DNA of 64,000 nt from Ruditapes philippinarum (taxonomy: Eukaryota). Location of the stretch: the NCBI RefSeq assembly GCF_026571515.1, contig NW_026856503.1, positions 62,001 to 126,000 of the forward strand, given 5' to 3'. The position numbers were made by a program, and so were the translations under genes. The notes under the pieces were generated by a model. That model worked only from the letters and a program-made list of their open reading frames with translations, had not been told where the DNA came from and searched no databases. Positions 1-12,418 of the stretch are shown one piece after another. The first letter of the stretch is position 1, and the number at the start of each line of letters is the position of its first letter.

Positions 1-243
1 GTCTCACCGGTTGCATGTCCGTCGCATTCAGTGCTGCAGCACTTTGATTATATATTTGCGTTTCAATGACTTAGAAAACATGTACATTTGCCGAATATAA
101 CAAAAACAAAAATAGATTTTGAGATAATGAAATGTAGAAGGAAAAAATAGAAGAAGAAAGGAAAGAATCATGTCTGTTGTTTTGCAAAAATGAAAGAAAA
201 ATACATTAATATTTATTGGGATTGTGCTGGTTTGATTTCAAAA

Positions 244-477
244 TCAAAAGCGTTTGCTTACTTTTATGAAATGCTGAACAGTCAAAAATATTCTATTATT
301 TTTTTCTAAAGGCAACTCTTTGTTACCAACTAAAAGTAATTGCACATTTAAAGGGTGAAATTGCCTTAATTCGTTAAAAAGATCAATTCTCTCATTTCGA
401 TATTTCGGACAAGTAAACAAAAAATGGTTAACATCTTCTATCTCATAACCGCATGAACAATTTGCATCCTGTGACAC
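244..477 (-). mobile_element. 3' remnant of a non-LTR retrotransposon ORF2 (C-terminal Cys/His zinc-knuckle-like region)
   Basis: Translation CSCGYEIEDVNHFLFTCPKYRNER...LLLVG...IFLTVQHFIKVSKRF matches the CxC..E...H....C..Y C-terminal motif of invertebrate LINE ORF2; the rest of the RT is absent. Confidence 0.7.
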
Positions 478-1774
478 CTGTTCGTGAGGGGCAAGTGATT
501 TGAAGACAAAAGGGTATAGGCTGTCTATAAATTAACGCACTAGCATGTTAAATGTTTTACTTCGGGAAAACAATTCGTAAATAAACTGAAATCAGTATGA
601 AATAATCACACTGTTATCGATCTTGCCTTGCTGCTTTAAATTATTGGTATACATATTTTCATGGTTAGAGTTACTGTATGAGTACTGAGTCAAGAGGAAA
701 AAAGGGCCATTAAGTAGAACTAGTTGGTAAAAAAACCTTTCTACAACGGACGAAAATTATGTCAAAACCACGCTAGATTGTTTAATGTTGGATATATAAA
801 TTTCTGCAATGATCATATATCATTTCCAATAATTTTACATATTTTTTCTGAATGAACTTCTGCGAACATTGCAACACTTGTATCAGTTTCTGTGATTAAG
901 TTTTAATTATAATGTCGTTAATTGGCTTTTCAAAGTCTTAAAAAGATACTTTGTCCTAAACAGGAATTACAGTATCAAAATTAGGCTTTGTCTATTAAAA
1001 ACGTGTTTCCGTGCGAGTTCAACAAAATTTGAGTTCTACCGCTAACACATGTTCCTCAGCACGTGCGCTTCACGTTACGATTTTTTTGCCAAATGTTACA
1101 TAAAGTTTAAGAACAGAGACACACACCTGTGTATGCAGGATATACATATACTCGGTCACAATTTCCGTTTGTTTGTCGCCCATACATAACATGACTCCCT
1201 GCACATGATGTAACTTTTTGAACACGTGTTCTATCGTGCACACCACTAAATCACGTTTTCATGACGTTGAAAGGCCCCTGTTTAGTGCCAATTCCGTCTG
1301 AGAGACTACACTTGGAGGAACTTGAAAATACTAGCAAAATTGACAGTTATTCTAATGATATTGAACACGCCGTGTGAATAATGTAATAAAATTTGGTTGT
1401 GTAGGTTTATCAAGTTTTTAATTATAGCTCAATCAGTGTTTGTTGTACTGTCAAGGTCGGGTTGTGTTATATAAGCTGCTCACAACTATTACTGATAAAC
1501 TTAAATGTGCTTTTATAAAAAGAACGAAAGTCTTTTCCGTCCGTACTTTAGAAATATGAAAAATCACTTATTCGAAATTTTCATAACTGATACAGACAGA
1601 TCAAAGAAATCATACAGATCAATGTACATTTTTGTTTAGAAGATGATACAGTTTCCATAAATCTTGCTTTCTGTCAAATAACAACAGTTCAATCGGTAAA
1701 TTATTCGTAGGCCTACATTTTGTACCGAATAACTATACGATATCGTTACATGTTATAAACACGGACTGCCGAAA

Positions 1775-3679
1775 CAAGGCCGTCGTCGATGGTCCGGCCG
1801 GTCCGGCCCTGGCCGGACCAATATTTTGGCCAAAAATGAGTTTAAAAAAAAAACAAAACAAAAAACACGCATCGCTGATTAGCAATTAGACACTTTACTG
1901 GCCCCTTATGCAATGCGCGGTAACATACAAACATGACGCGAAGAAACAACTGGACACTGTTAAATGACCAGGTATATGTAAGGGTCCTACGAAGTCAAGA
2001 CGTGGCTTCGGACAGTTCACCGTATATAATAGGAGTAATCCTGAATACACACATATATATGTTTACAATTCTTTAAAATTAATAACATCTGTTCACATAC
2101 AAGTATCTTAATATGAATAGTTTAAGATAGTTAAAATACCATGATGTGTGACACAATTCTATCGAACCAAATCAACCAAAACGAACATTTGGTGAGTACA
2201 TTTTTTCGTCAATTTTATATATATTATGATATAAAAAACAAAACAAAAAACAGTGCATGAGATTTGCAATATGCATTATGAATATCTTTGACTAGTATGC
2301 CTGAATTCTCCGAGAACTTGATCTAACATTTCATTGATTGTACACGGCAACCGTTCAAAAGTCATATTTTTATCACAGTCATATTGATCAGTGCCGTTTT
2401 GCGACTCCGTGAAAATGGTATTGCACGGCCGTGCATATATTTTGACGTCATTTGCGTTATACACACTGAATGTTATCGTTTTTCTATGGTCAATGAAGAA
2501 TGGTTCTTTTTTCACTTTAAAAGGTCCTTAATTTTGGTATGTAATAAACAGAATATTAAATTCGTGTAAGTTCATACTGAATGTATTGAACTCTTTGAAT
2601 AAAATATTATACTCGCCAGAGGCTAGTGTAATATATTTTCATTCAGCTCTTGGAAATAAATTCAGTAGTAAACTCATTCAATTTACTCTATTACATAATT
2701 ACAGTGCATGACGTGTTCCGGCCTAAGTACTTTGAAGCACTTGATCTTGCAATGGCCAATGTAAAAAGCTTCAGCTGCTACGTTCAAATTTTGACAAAAA
2801 CAGGAAATAGTACTGTTACTCTACCTGACGCTTTGAAATTTGTTTCAGTACAGTCGGTGCTAGAACGAGCACTGTTCTCTGAGGTCGTTGTGTTGTTAAA
2901 GATTTTGTTAGTAATGCCTGCTACTAATGTTACCAGTGGTAGGACATTCTAGGAGCTCAGAAGAATAAAGACATACATGAGATCGACAATGTCTCAAGTA
3001 CGTTTGAACAATCTAATGGTGTTACATATTCATAAGTACAGGACAGATTCACTCAACTGGCGTGTAATTGCCGATGAGTTCATTACCACCAGAGAACGAC
3101 GGCGATGTGTGTTTGGAAAATTTACATAAAATGAGACTCTGATTTTTGCAAGATTATTGTGAGCAAAATACAAGTTACTGCTAAACAAAAAGCGGTTATT
3201 GTTGACTCGTAATGTACTATTCTTCCATCATGGCATCGATTGCTATTTAAGCTGATACCATTGTGTGATTTATGTTAAACAATAATCCACGTACTGTTAT
3301 ATTTCTTGTATTTGTTTATTTATAATTATCAGATAAAAATGCATCTAAAGAATTATAACAACATTAGTTATTGTTTATTTTTAATTTGCCAAATATCAAT
3401 TACATGTATTCATCTTTTAAGTACACCTGCCCTTCCGTTATGCAAACCTTACACCCTTAAAACATATGACGCACTAAAATCTGTAAAAAATCGTTGACAT
3501 ATTACTATAACTTGTACTAGCGACAGGCTGTAAACTGTGCCAAATATACGGGAAAACGCCCCTGAGAGCATCCTAGAATAAAAATTTTTCCGGGGGAGCA
3601 TGCCCCCGTACCTCCCTAGATTCTGCCTAAAACATACCAAATTGGCCGCACCAATCACAAAATCGTGACGACGGGCCTG
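1775..3679 (+). mobile_element. Internally deleted hAT-superfamily DNA transposon with 5-bp TSD
   Basis: Imperfect TIRs CAAGGCCGTCGTC / GACGACGGGCCTG; CGAAA on both sides (1770-1774, 3680-3684); empty site with a single CGAAA in unit 2 near 13095; internal hAT dimerization-domain remnant. Confidence 0.85.
2700..3129 (+). pseudogene. hAT transposase C-terminal dimerization domain remnant (ZMYM1-like)
   Basis: FSEVVVLLKILLVMPATNVTSGRTF*ELRRIKTYMRSTMSQVRLNNLMVLHIHK...IADEF...RRCVFGKF*; in-frame stop at 2950-2952. Confidence 0.85.
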
Positions 3680-3691
3680 CGAAAAGCATTT

Positions 3692-3926
3692 GTGCCTTGT
3701 CATGACAAAATTAACATAGTGCGTTTGCAACCAGCATGGATCCAGACCAGCCTGCGCATCTGCGCAGTCTGATCAGGATCCACGCTGTTCGCTATCAGTT
3801 TCTCTACTTGTTATAGGGTTTGTGAGCGAACAGCATGGATCCTGATCAGACTGCGCGGATGCGCAGGCTGGTTTGGATCCATGCTGGTCGCAAACGCATT
3901 ATGTTGGTTTTGTCGTGACGCGGCTC
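3692..3926. mobile_element. Palindromic ~235-bp MITE (family consensus GAGCCGCGTCACGAC...GTCGTGACGCGGCTC), ATTT TSD
   Basis: Long TIRs; ATTT on both sides; absent at the paralogous site in unit 2 (single ATTT near 13103). Confidence 0.9.
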
Positions 3927-5267
3927 ATTTGTGTTCACACATCACAATGTTTGATGATGTCGTGCAAATAGATCATCATTCTGGCAAGTAATAGAAGTGC
4001 ACTTATCACATAAGTGACATAACAATATTATAACGCTGATTACTAATTAATATGCTAATACAAAAAAGTAAAAGAAATCTACATGTTTTCCTTCTATCAC
4101 CTCCCGCATAATCATCGAATGAATGCAGTCACGTCACAATATTCGTGATACAGATTCACTTGTTTATTTTGCATTTAGCAATGTTTTGAGATAGCCCAAT
4201 CCCAACCTGAATGCAAATTGTACCGAACTCCTGTTTTAATCACAGGGAAATCTGTCATTATTTTATTAAATCTATATATATAATATTATATACATAGTGG
4301 GAAAGGAAAAAAAAAGACAGAATCCCCTGTGGTTTTAATGGTAATGTCTTTATGTCACGGTATAACAAATTTATGGTCATTCAAAGGTCAGACTTTTTAC
4401 ATTGGTTACTTTGACATGGCGGACGCTATAGGTACTGCAGTTGAGTGAAGCAGAGATAGGGAGGTTATGGTGGTGTCAACAAACACCGTGAGGCTGGTGT
4501 GGTGCTTGGTGAACACTTCGACATTATCATGAGAGCCTGGACAAGATACCAGCAGTGTGGACGGCATGGTGGAGGCAGACAAATTGCTACGACAGCAACA
4601 CAAGTTGCGTGACCAAAAAAAACTTAGACGTAGGGGTCTTCTTCTCTTACACATACCTAATGCAAAATCTGTAAAAACTGTTAAATCATCCTTTATTCAA
4701 ATTGACGAAACATGAAATTGATATCAAAAATCTTTTTGTACGACGATTATCAAATTATTGCCGAAAATATTCACACTAAAACAGTTGGTGCTTGGCAAAA
4801 GTTGAATAGTATACATGTATTTTGTTTTTAGTCTTTATAATTATAACAATGTGTTATGCAATGTAATTTACAAACAGTCATTATATTCCAAACGCATAGG
4901 TTCAGTGCGAATGACCGTATAGATGATTTCATGATCAATCACAGCGAAAGTGGTTGTTATTTCCACTTTATATTTACCCCCCCCCCTTGATCCCTCTTCC
5001 ATACTAACACGCAAGAACATGGAAATTACAATTTAAAATAAGTCCATAATTTCTATACATAAGCGTATAATCTATTTTAGCTAATATCAACCGGGAAGTG
5101 AAAGTACATTAATCCATTTAAACGATCAATTTACGGGTAAAAATTTTGGTTTAGACTAACCGAAAATATCTAATCTTAACAAACGCGTCTAATTGTTGTA
5201 TTGAAGAATAAAGAATCAGAGTAATGATACCGGTTTAAGATAGAGGCCCATTATGCCCAATAATAAG

Positions 5268-5433
5268 AGGATATTTTTTCGTTTTTTGTGAAATATGGAA
5301 TATATTTTCACGAAACATGATAAAATGCCAACATATTTTCACGAGCCGGAACGGCGAGTGAAAAATATGTGGCATTTTTATCATGTTGAGTGAAAATATA
5401 TACCATATTTCACGAAAAACGAAAAAATAACCT
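5268..5433. repeat. ~165-bp near-perfect palindrome at the start of a unit-1-specific segment
   Basis: Arms TTTTTCGTTTTTTGTGAAATATGG...CATGATAAAATGCC...TTTTCACGAGCCG / CGGCGAGTGAAAA...GGCATTTTTATCATG...CCATATTTCACGAAAAACGAAAAA. Confidence 0.75.
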
Positions 5434-7715
5434 TTTTATTTAATTTTATTATCAAAAAAAAATGTTACGAATCCCCTTTCTTGCTACGCAACTGCAATTG
5501 TAAAAAAAATAAAAAATGAAATCAATGATTTTGGCGTAGATCGATCAACATATTCGTAGCAGCATTCGTAGTTGATTCTACATGTATATGTATGCTTAGG
5601 ATGTTACCGAGTATGCGTTTAAACACAATCAAAAATTCAATTATGAGAAAAGGGAGTAAGCACATATATGAGCAAATTAAAATAAACAAGAAGTATCTTT
5701 AAAAAGATACTCGGCCGAAGTCAAACTTGTTAACTTGCATGGGATAAGCTACTACTTACCATGCTAACCGCAAACAAAACATTTTATTCGTCCTCAATAG
5801 TTTTATTTCAGTTCATTTTTACCGGCAATGTTTTCCCCCATTAATTGTCATCTTAGATTTCAACAATATAACTTACATTATTTTATTTAAATCAAAATGG
5901 AATTTGTTTTGAATAGGAATTTATAATAAAACAAAGATTTAGTAGATACTGTACACTAATTCCACGGAGAATTTTGCAACTGTAAATTAGTGGAAAGTTC
6001 GTTTCAATCGTCTTATGCCCGGTACGATAAGAGAATATAATGACTAGAACAGCTTAGAAAGAGAAACCCAATCGATCGCAAAGTATCAAAAAGGCGATCT
6101 GTCATATTTAATTTTATATATTTATTGAAAAGCTGTTAGAAACATCTAGAAAATATCATTATTGTGTTTTTATATTTATTCTGACTTATATCTTTTCCCA
6201 ACACTTCTTGACATCGCACAATCGAACAGACCTCTACCTATAACGGAAGCTCTTCTGAAGTATCAATCGAATTAGTGTTAAAATGACCAATGAAAATTCT
6301 GCCTACTGAGTATATTCATTTCTTTACTGTTAATTTTAGCGGAAGTCAAGGTGAAATCAGATGGTCTTCGGCCGAAAAATATTGCTTCGGTATATCACTG
6401 GAAAAGCCATTTATAAGAGAGTTCAAGTTGGCGAGTATGTTTATACATGTACCAACATCATGGACATGCTTAATGTGCGTGAGGCATTTAACTTAATAAT
6501 AAAATAACTTAAATATTTCGAATGGAAATTGAAAGAACAAAAATGTTAAAGACAATATTTATTGTCTACAACATTGACATAACACATATTTAAAAATACT
6601 TTAAGGAAGCAAAATGATCGTGCGGTACTACATTTTAGCTGAAAATACAATAACTTCTCAGTTCACTAAAACATTTAAGCTCTTGTGTTTGTATTTAAGT
6701 CATACAAGACATTTTAAAACATATTTTCCTTGATTATATCTCATGTTAAGTTATGGTGAAACAAAAGAAAATAACAAAGAAAAAACTAAACTTGTTACAA
6801 AAGGAATTAAATCCAAGCTTTATTACAAGAGAGACACCTGGCCATGATTTGTTTTTCTAATAGTAAATATTTTGAACTATTTAAAACAGTGTACACGTTA
6901 GACTTGATGCAATTTCTCTAACATTTTAAAAAAAAGTACCTGATGTTATATATAGCTATAGATAAAGTAAAAAGTAGTACAATAATCAGCTTAGATATCC
7001 CACAAATCCTTAGTTATAGCACAGAGCTATATTTCATAAATAAGTCTCTGGTAATCCTTCGGCTAAAGACCTGCACTCGGCGTACACTCAAAATAAGCCG
7101 AGGTACTCCCCTGTAAAGATATTGGTGCTCGGATTCATTTTCTTAGTTAAACCATTTTCTATCATACTTCAAGTTGATAGTTTCCAAAACAAAATTCAAC
7201 AAAAAATTGTTTTTTATTTATCAGATTTTTCAAACAAAATGGCGAAAGAAGTCCATAGAATAAATATGAGTTTTGACTCCGTCCAGTTTCATATTTATAT
7301 TTCAGATTTATTTTTTACAAATATGAAATATATGGACTGATATAGCATCATATTTCATGGGTAAAATTAAATAAAGGGAGATAATAAAAACTTTATTTTC
7401 TATCAAGTTTAAGTCAAATTTTACAATAAGAAATGAATGCATATATTTTAATGATTACATATAATATGCACAAATATTTGCAGTAGATCTACATATTTTA
7501 CACATTGTTCAATGTTTAAAAATTGTTTTATTTGCATAATAATGTGCACATATATAATTTCACTTAGTGTGGTTCACCACATTGATCACAACGTACAGGA
7601 TTTTTTTATACAAAAATGTCATAAGATATAGCGTTATACCATTTAACATAAATAAATTAACATGGTAAGAGAAATTCAATCAAAGCAATGTAAAATACTT
7701 CATAGTATATAGTCC

Positions 7716-9977
7716 TCACTTATTTTTGAATTCAATCAGGTCGAGAATAGACCTGCTCACATGCTCCCATGACGTTTTAAGAACTGGTTCCCCATTTTCT
7801 ACGCTCCAAAGAATTCTAGCGTTTCTCTTGAACAAAGTTTTCATAACCGGAACCTTTTCCATGTCCCCTTCTTCTACATTTTCTATAAACATAAGAACAA
7901 TTGGTATCCCATGCCTATAAGCTTGGTTGACCTCATTACAGCTGTAATTGCTATTGATGAAGTTGTTAGATACGACAACTGTCATCACCGAAGCTTCCTC
8001 AATCAGTTTGTCTATTTCGTCATGAAGATGGAACCCAGCACGGAAATTGATATCTCCTGTACATACCAACTGTCTATCTATCCCCGTCATTAACTTCAGG
8101 TTTTCATCCAGTTGTTGAAGAATATTTGTTTCAACAAATTCCTCATCGTCACTAGAATACGATAAAAACACAGCGAATTTAAACCGACCCTCCCCTTCCC
8201 GTAAATTATTTATCACTTTGGCTGTTTTTCTTTCCTTTTGGCTTCTTTTGTATCGTTTGTACATTACCGATACGATAACAAGACCAAAAAGAAGCAATGT
8301 GGCAGTCGCGGTGCAGGAAGAAATAATAATAGTTCTCCTTTTACATATATTTTGTACCATTTCCAAAGTATTTTTATTTATGTCGTATTGTTTGTCATTT
8401 TCACCTACACATTTCAGTTGTTGTAATGTTATATTGATCAGACTTGTTGTCAAAATCCATTGAAGGGAAGCTTTTGCGTTACAGACTGAGCAGGAAATTG
8501 GATTCGACTGCAAAAGTACGTTTGTTTTAGACCCGCGAACGTTTCTGCTCCATGATATTGTATTTAAAAGATTAATCGAATCAAAATTCAAAACATGAAT
8601 GTTGTTATTTTTCAGATTAAGGATTTTAAGTTGGTCGAGGCCTTTTAAATCAAACGTTATCTGTTCTAATATATTATAGGAAAGATCAATTTCTTCAATC
8701 AATGGATTGTCCTTGAAGACGTCACGAGGAATACTATGGAAACCGTTTTCTGAAATCTGAACTGTCCTAAGATATTCTAGTTGTGAAAACAGGTTTTGGA
8801 ACATAGTTTCATTTTCAGTTACCATTTTAAACAGCTGATTTTTTGACAAGTCTACACTAGTTATGTCTCCAAGACAAGATAAGAATGTTGGATGTAAAAA
8901 CTCAAGTCCATTGTCAGATAGGTCAATCGTCTGAACTGATGAAAAACAAAATTTTTCACAAAGTATTCGAAAATCAAGTCTCTTTATTTTATTTTGCCCA
9001 AATCTAATGTTTTTTACAGAGAACATAGGGTCTTCATCTACTATCAATGTAAAATTATAGAGCCACAAAGAACCTATATGGTGTAGGATATCGCTTAGGT
9101 TTACAGTTTCAATTGCTAAGAAACTCCTTACGTCTTTTAAAGCTCGAATGTTAGAGAAAAATAATTTCTGGTTTCTGCTAACGAATCTTCCTGGAACAAG
9201 TGGTACTGCTTTCAAAGGTAGAGTTGTATGTGATGCATCAAGAATCTTAACGAGCTTAGTGTCATCGCGTGTTAGACTGTAGTCAGCCCAATCACTTATT
9301 ATCGCATATGAGGCATTAAGTTCTCTCAAATGCTTGAGTTTTTTAAAAGCCGCATCATAGTCGATAAAGAATAACTGCGATTTACTTACATCTATGGAAC
9401 TGATATTCCTCGGAAGAAGAGTGTCTACGAAGTCGCTATCAAATGCGAAACCACCTTCATACAAATTCCAGTTCGAAAGAATAATATTCTCCAATTTTGG
9501 TAAAATATCTAGCCCTTTTAAAGCCAATTTTAAACTGTCTATGGTCAATTTGATGCAACCACTTAGATCAAGAGTTTTAACATTTTGTAATCCAAAAAAG
9601 GTTTGTGGGAATAATTCCGGATACCATATATGAACATGTAATGCAAGCAGGTTTTGAAGATTGGCAAAGGACTTGTCACTTAATACGACTGGAGTACGAT
9701 CATTAGGATGATTACATGTATCTGTCACCTTCAAACTGTTTAATCCTCTCCAGCTGTCCGCAGCAAAGGTTGATGAATTAAATATCCATGCGCCAGGTGT
9801 CTCTATTTCTAAACGAAATTCTAAAATTCCTGTCGGGATATCTTTCGGTATATGATTACATGTTAAGATTGCGTTTGTATTTCGTCTACATGACAAAGTA
9901 CTCAGAGCTCCGTTTATTACAGAAACGTACAAAATCACAGTGAAAAATAAAGTTAAAACCATTTTCCTGTTTTGCAT
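7716..9977 (-). CDS. Toll-like receptor, copy 1 (single exon, 753 aa, intact)
   Basis: Signal peptide, multiple LxxLxLxxN LRRs, LRRCT (NPISCSVC...LKC...C), TM helix (IIISSCTATATLLLFGLVIVSVM), TIR with FAVFLSYS box 1, NFRAG BB loop, VVVSNNFINSNYSCNE and IPIVLM. Confidence 0.95.
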   Translation of the reverse strand: MQNRKMVLTLFFTVILYVSVINGALSTLSCRRNTNAILTCNHIPKDIPTGILEFRLEIETPGAWIFNSSTFAADSWRGLNSLKVTDTCNHPNDRTPVVLSDKSFANLQNLLALHVHIWYPELFPQTFFGLQNVKTLDLSGCIKLTIDSLKLALKGLDILPKLENIILSNWNLYEGGFAFDSDFVDTLLPRNISSIDVSKSQLFFIDYDAAFKKLKHLRELNASYAIISDWADYSLTRDDTKLVKILDASHTTLPLKAVPLVPGRFVSRNQKLFFSNIRALKDVRSFLAIETVNLSDILHHIGSLWLYNFTLIVDEDPMFSVKNIRFGQNKIKRLDFRILCEKFCFSSVQTIDLSDNGLEFLHPTFLSCLGDITSVDLSKNQLFKMVTENETMFQNLFSQLEYLRTVQISENGFHSIPRDVFKDNPLIEEIDLSYNILEQITFDLKGLDQLKILNLKNNNIHVLNFDSINLLNTISWSRNVRGSKTNVLLQSNPISCSVCNAKASLQWILTTSLINITLQQLKCVGENDKQYDINKNTLEMVQNICKRRTIIISSCTATATLLLFGLVIVSVMYKRYKRSQKERKTAKVINNLREGEGRFKFAVFLSYSSDDEEFVETNILQQLDENLKLMTGIDRQLVCTGDINFRAGFHLHDEIDKLIEEASVMTVVVSNNFINSNYSCNEVNQAYRHGIPIVLMFIENVEEGDMEKVPVMKTLFKRNARILWSVENGEPVLKTSWEHVSRSILDLIEFKNK

Positions 9978-11190
9978 GTTTTCAAGAAATGCGAAATTTC
10001 ACGATTGAATAAAATGTGGCCTAGCTTACAAGTATTTCAATAGTTTAAGATTTCGGTTTTCAATTACGTTTATAAATAAAAGTATATAAACAAGTTTACT
10101 TCCTGTTATCGTAAGTAAGGTACAAGTTAAAATATATAGGCGCCCAACTAAGGTACAGTCATTGGAAGAAACATAGGATAAAAAACACGGTATATTAATT
10201 CTGTTTATACTGTGTAAATGGTATAAATTACCTTGATTATATAAACATTTCAATTGAAAAGTAATTTGATCACCTACGTCATTTTCGAATTTTTTGTTTT
10301 GTTTTTGAGTTGGTTTTTTTTTGTTTGAATTAATGTCATTTCAAGGGCAGATAACTTATATATCAGTCTGACAAACCTTACCTTTACTAATACTAAAGTC
10401 CACACATTTCCATAAAGGATTAGTGTTCGCTTTATTCAGTTTAAAGACAACAAATAACGAGAGAAATCCATATACATATAGATAGTAAGTGTGAAAGCGG
10501 CATAATATAATGTATATAATAATAGCAAATAATAAATTGTTCTAGAGCACATTATCATTATTTATCATGTAAACGTTTAAACTAAATCACATATACCTTT
10601 TTCCTAATGGTATATATTCTGTTGTTTTATCAATATTTTATCAATATTAAAAGGGTTTGAGGTTTTTTTGACATGATATGACTGAAAATATTTTTTTCCA
10701 GATAAATGTACCATTTGATGTAGGTTTAGACCACTAATCTTTGTGCAAAATTTCAGATCATTCGCGCACCTTGTTTTTTCCAGAAAAAAAAAATTCTTAT
10801 TGCAAAAAATGACCCAAAATGAAAAGCGTTTAAACACTTTTCACTCAAATCGGGCTAAGAAAAGCATAAAAATACGATTTTTAATTTATTTCAAAGTATA
10901 TTTCTTAACTATCTTTGCATGTATTTCTGTTTAACGTGTCCCAGCACATTTATGTTAGAAATTAAAATGTAATGTTTTTAGGCTTTAAAACCTCAGTGGA
11001 GTCCTAAGTACTTTGAAAATATATTCTTTATAGATGTATCCACGGAGACTGAAAATTCTAAAATAAAACTGGATTAACTTAAAGAAACATCTTCCATTTT
11101 ATTAATAAATAAATATGTGGTTTCGTGTATTTTTGTTTCAATTTTTACTCATTTCGCACTTGTTAATTTACATTTACCTTTATGCTACTA

Positions 11191-11995
11191 AGCTCCACTC
11201 AGGTGAAAAACTGAGTATGAAAAATAACAAAGGGCAATAACTCAAACATTATGAAAGGTAGAGTTATTATTCTTGTGCACTGCACACCTCCTGAGTGAGA
11301 TATATCCGCCAAGAAGTTTCATGTTGCTATCTCAAAGGCTTTTCGAGTTATGCTCTGGACAAAAATTAAGTTTGAAAAATAACAAAGGACAATAACTGAA
11401 AAATTATGCAGGGTAGAGTTATCATTCTTGTGCGCTGCACTCAGCCTCAATATGATTTATCCACCAATGAAGTTTCAAGTTGATACCTCAAACACTTTTT
11501 GAGATATGCTCCGGACAAAAAGTATGAAAAATAACAAAGGGAAATACTTCAAAAATTATAAAGGGTAGAGTTATTATTCTTGCACACGGCATTCCTTCTC
11601 AATAAGACTTACCCACCTATGAAGTTTCATGTTTCATGTTGACATCTCAAAGAGATTTTATTCTTATGCACTGCACACCTCCTGAGTGAGATCTATCCAC
11701 CTATGAAGTTTCATGTTGCTATCTCAAAGGCTTTTTGGGTTATGCTCTGGACAAAAAATAAGTTTGACAAATAACAAAGGGCAACAACTGAAAAATTATG
11801 CAGGATAGAGTCATTATTCTTGTGCACTGCACTCCTCCTCATTATGATCTATCCATCTATGAAGTTTCAAGTTGATACCTCAAATACTTTTTGAGATATG
11901 CTCCGGATGAAAATGTTGGACGGAAGGATTGACGTCCGTTCTGACGGACGGACGGAAGGATGGACGGACGGACGGACGGACGGAGACTATTACTA
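11191..11995 (+). mobile_element. Non-autonomous element with internal tandem repeats and (ACGG)n tract (Helentron/HINE-like), at the duplication junction
   Basis: Four repeats beginning AAATAACAAAGG..AATAACT..AAATTATG..GGTAGAGTTATTATTCTTG followed by GGACGGACGG microsatellite; this layout is common in mollusc non-autonomous elements. Confidence 0.6.
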
Positions 11996-12345
11996 TAAAA
12001 GGGCCATTAAGTAGAACTAGTTGGTTAAAAGCCTTTCTACAACGGACGAAAATTATGTCAAAACCACGCTAGATTGTTTAATGTTGGATATATAATTTTT
12101 TGTAATGATATATCATTTCCAATAATTATACATATTTTTTCTGTATGAGCTTCTGCGATTTATTTTATGCAATATTGCAAAACCTGTATCAGTTTCTGTG
12201 ATAATCTTTTATGATTTAGTTCTAATTATATTGTCGTAAATTGGCTTTTCAAAGTCTTAATAAGATACTTTGTCCTAAACAGGAATTACTGTATCAAAAT
12301 AAGGCTTTGTCTACTAAAAACGTGTTTCCGTGCGAATTCAACAAA

Positions 12346-12382
12346 AGAGAGAGAGAGAGAGAGAGAGAGGGGGGGAGAGGGA

Positions 12383-12413
<31 letters not shown>
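12346..12413 (+). repeat. (GA)n microsatellite
   Basis: Direct inspection. Confidence 0.95.

Positions 12414-12418
<5 letters not shown>

Larger units (their letters stand above)
701..11190. repeat. Tandem segmental duplication, unit 1 (contains TLR copy 1)
   Basis: AAAGGGCCATTAAGTAGAACTAGTTGGT at 701 recurs at 11998; colinear similarity continues through the TLR and its upstream region to TTTACAT.TACCTTTATGCTAC (~11190 vs ~21930), interrupted by unit-specific insertions. Confidence 0.9.
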
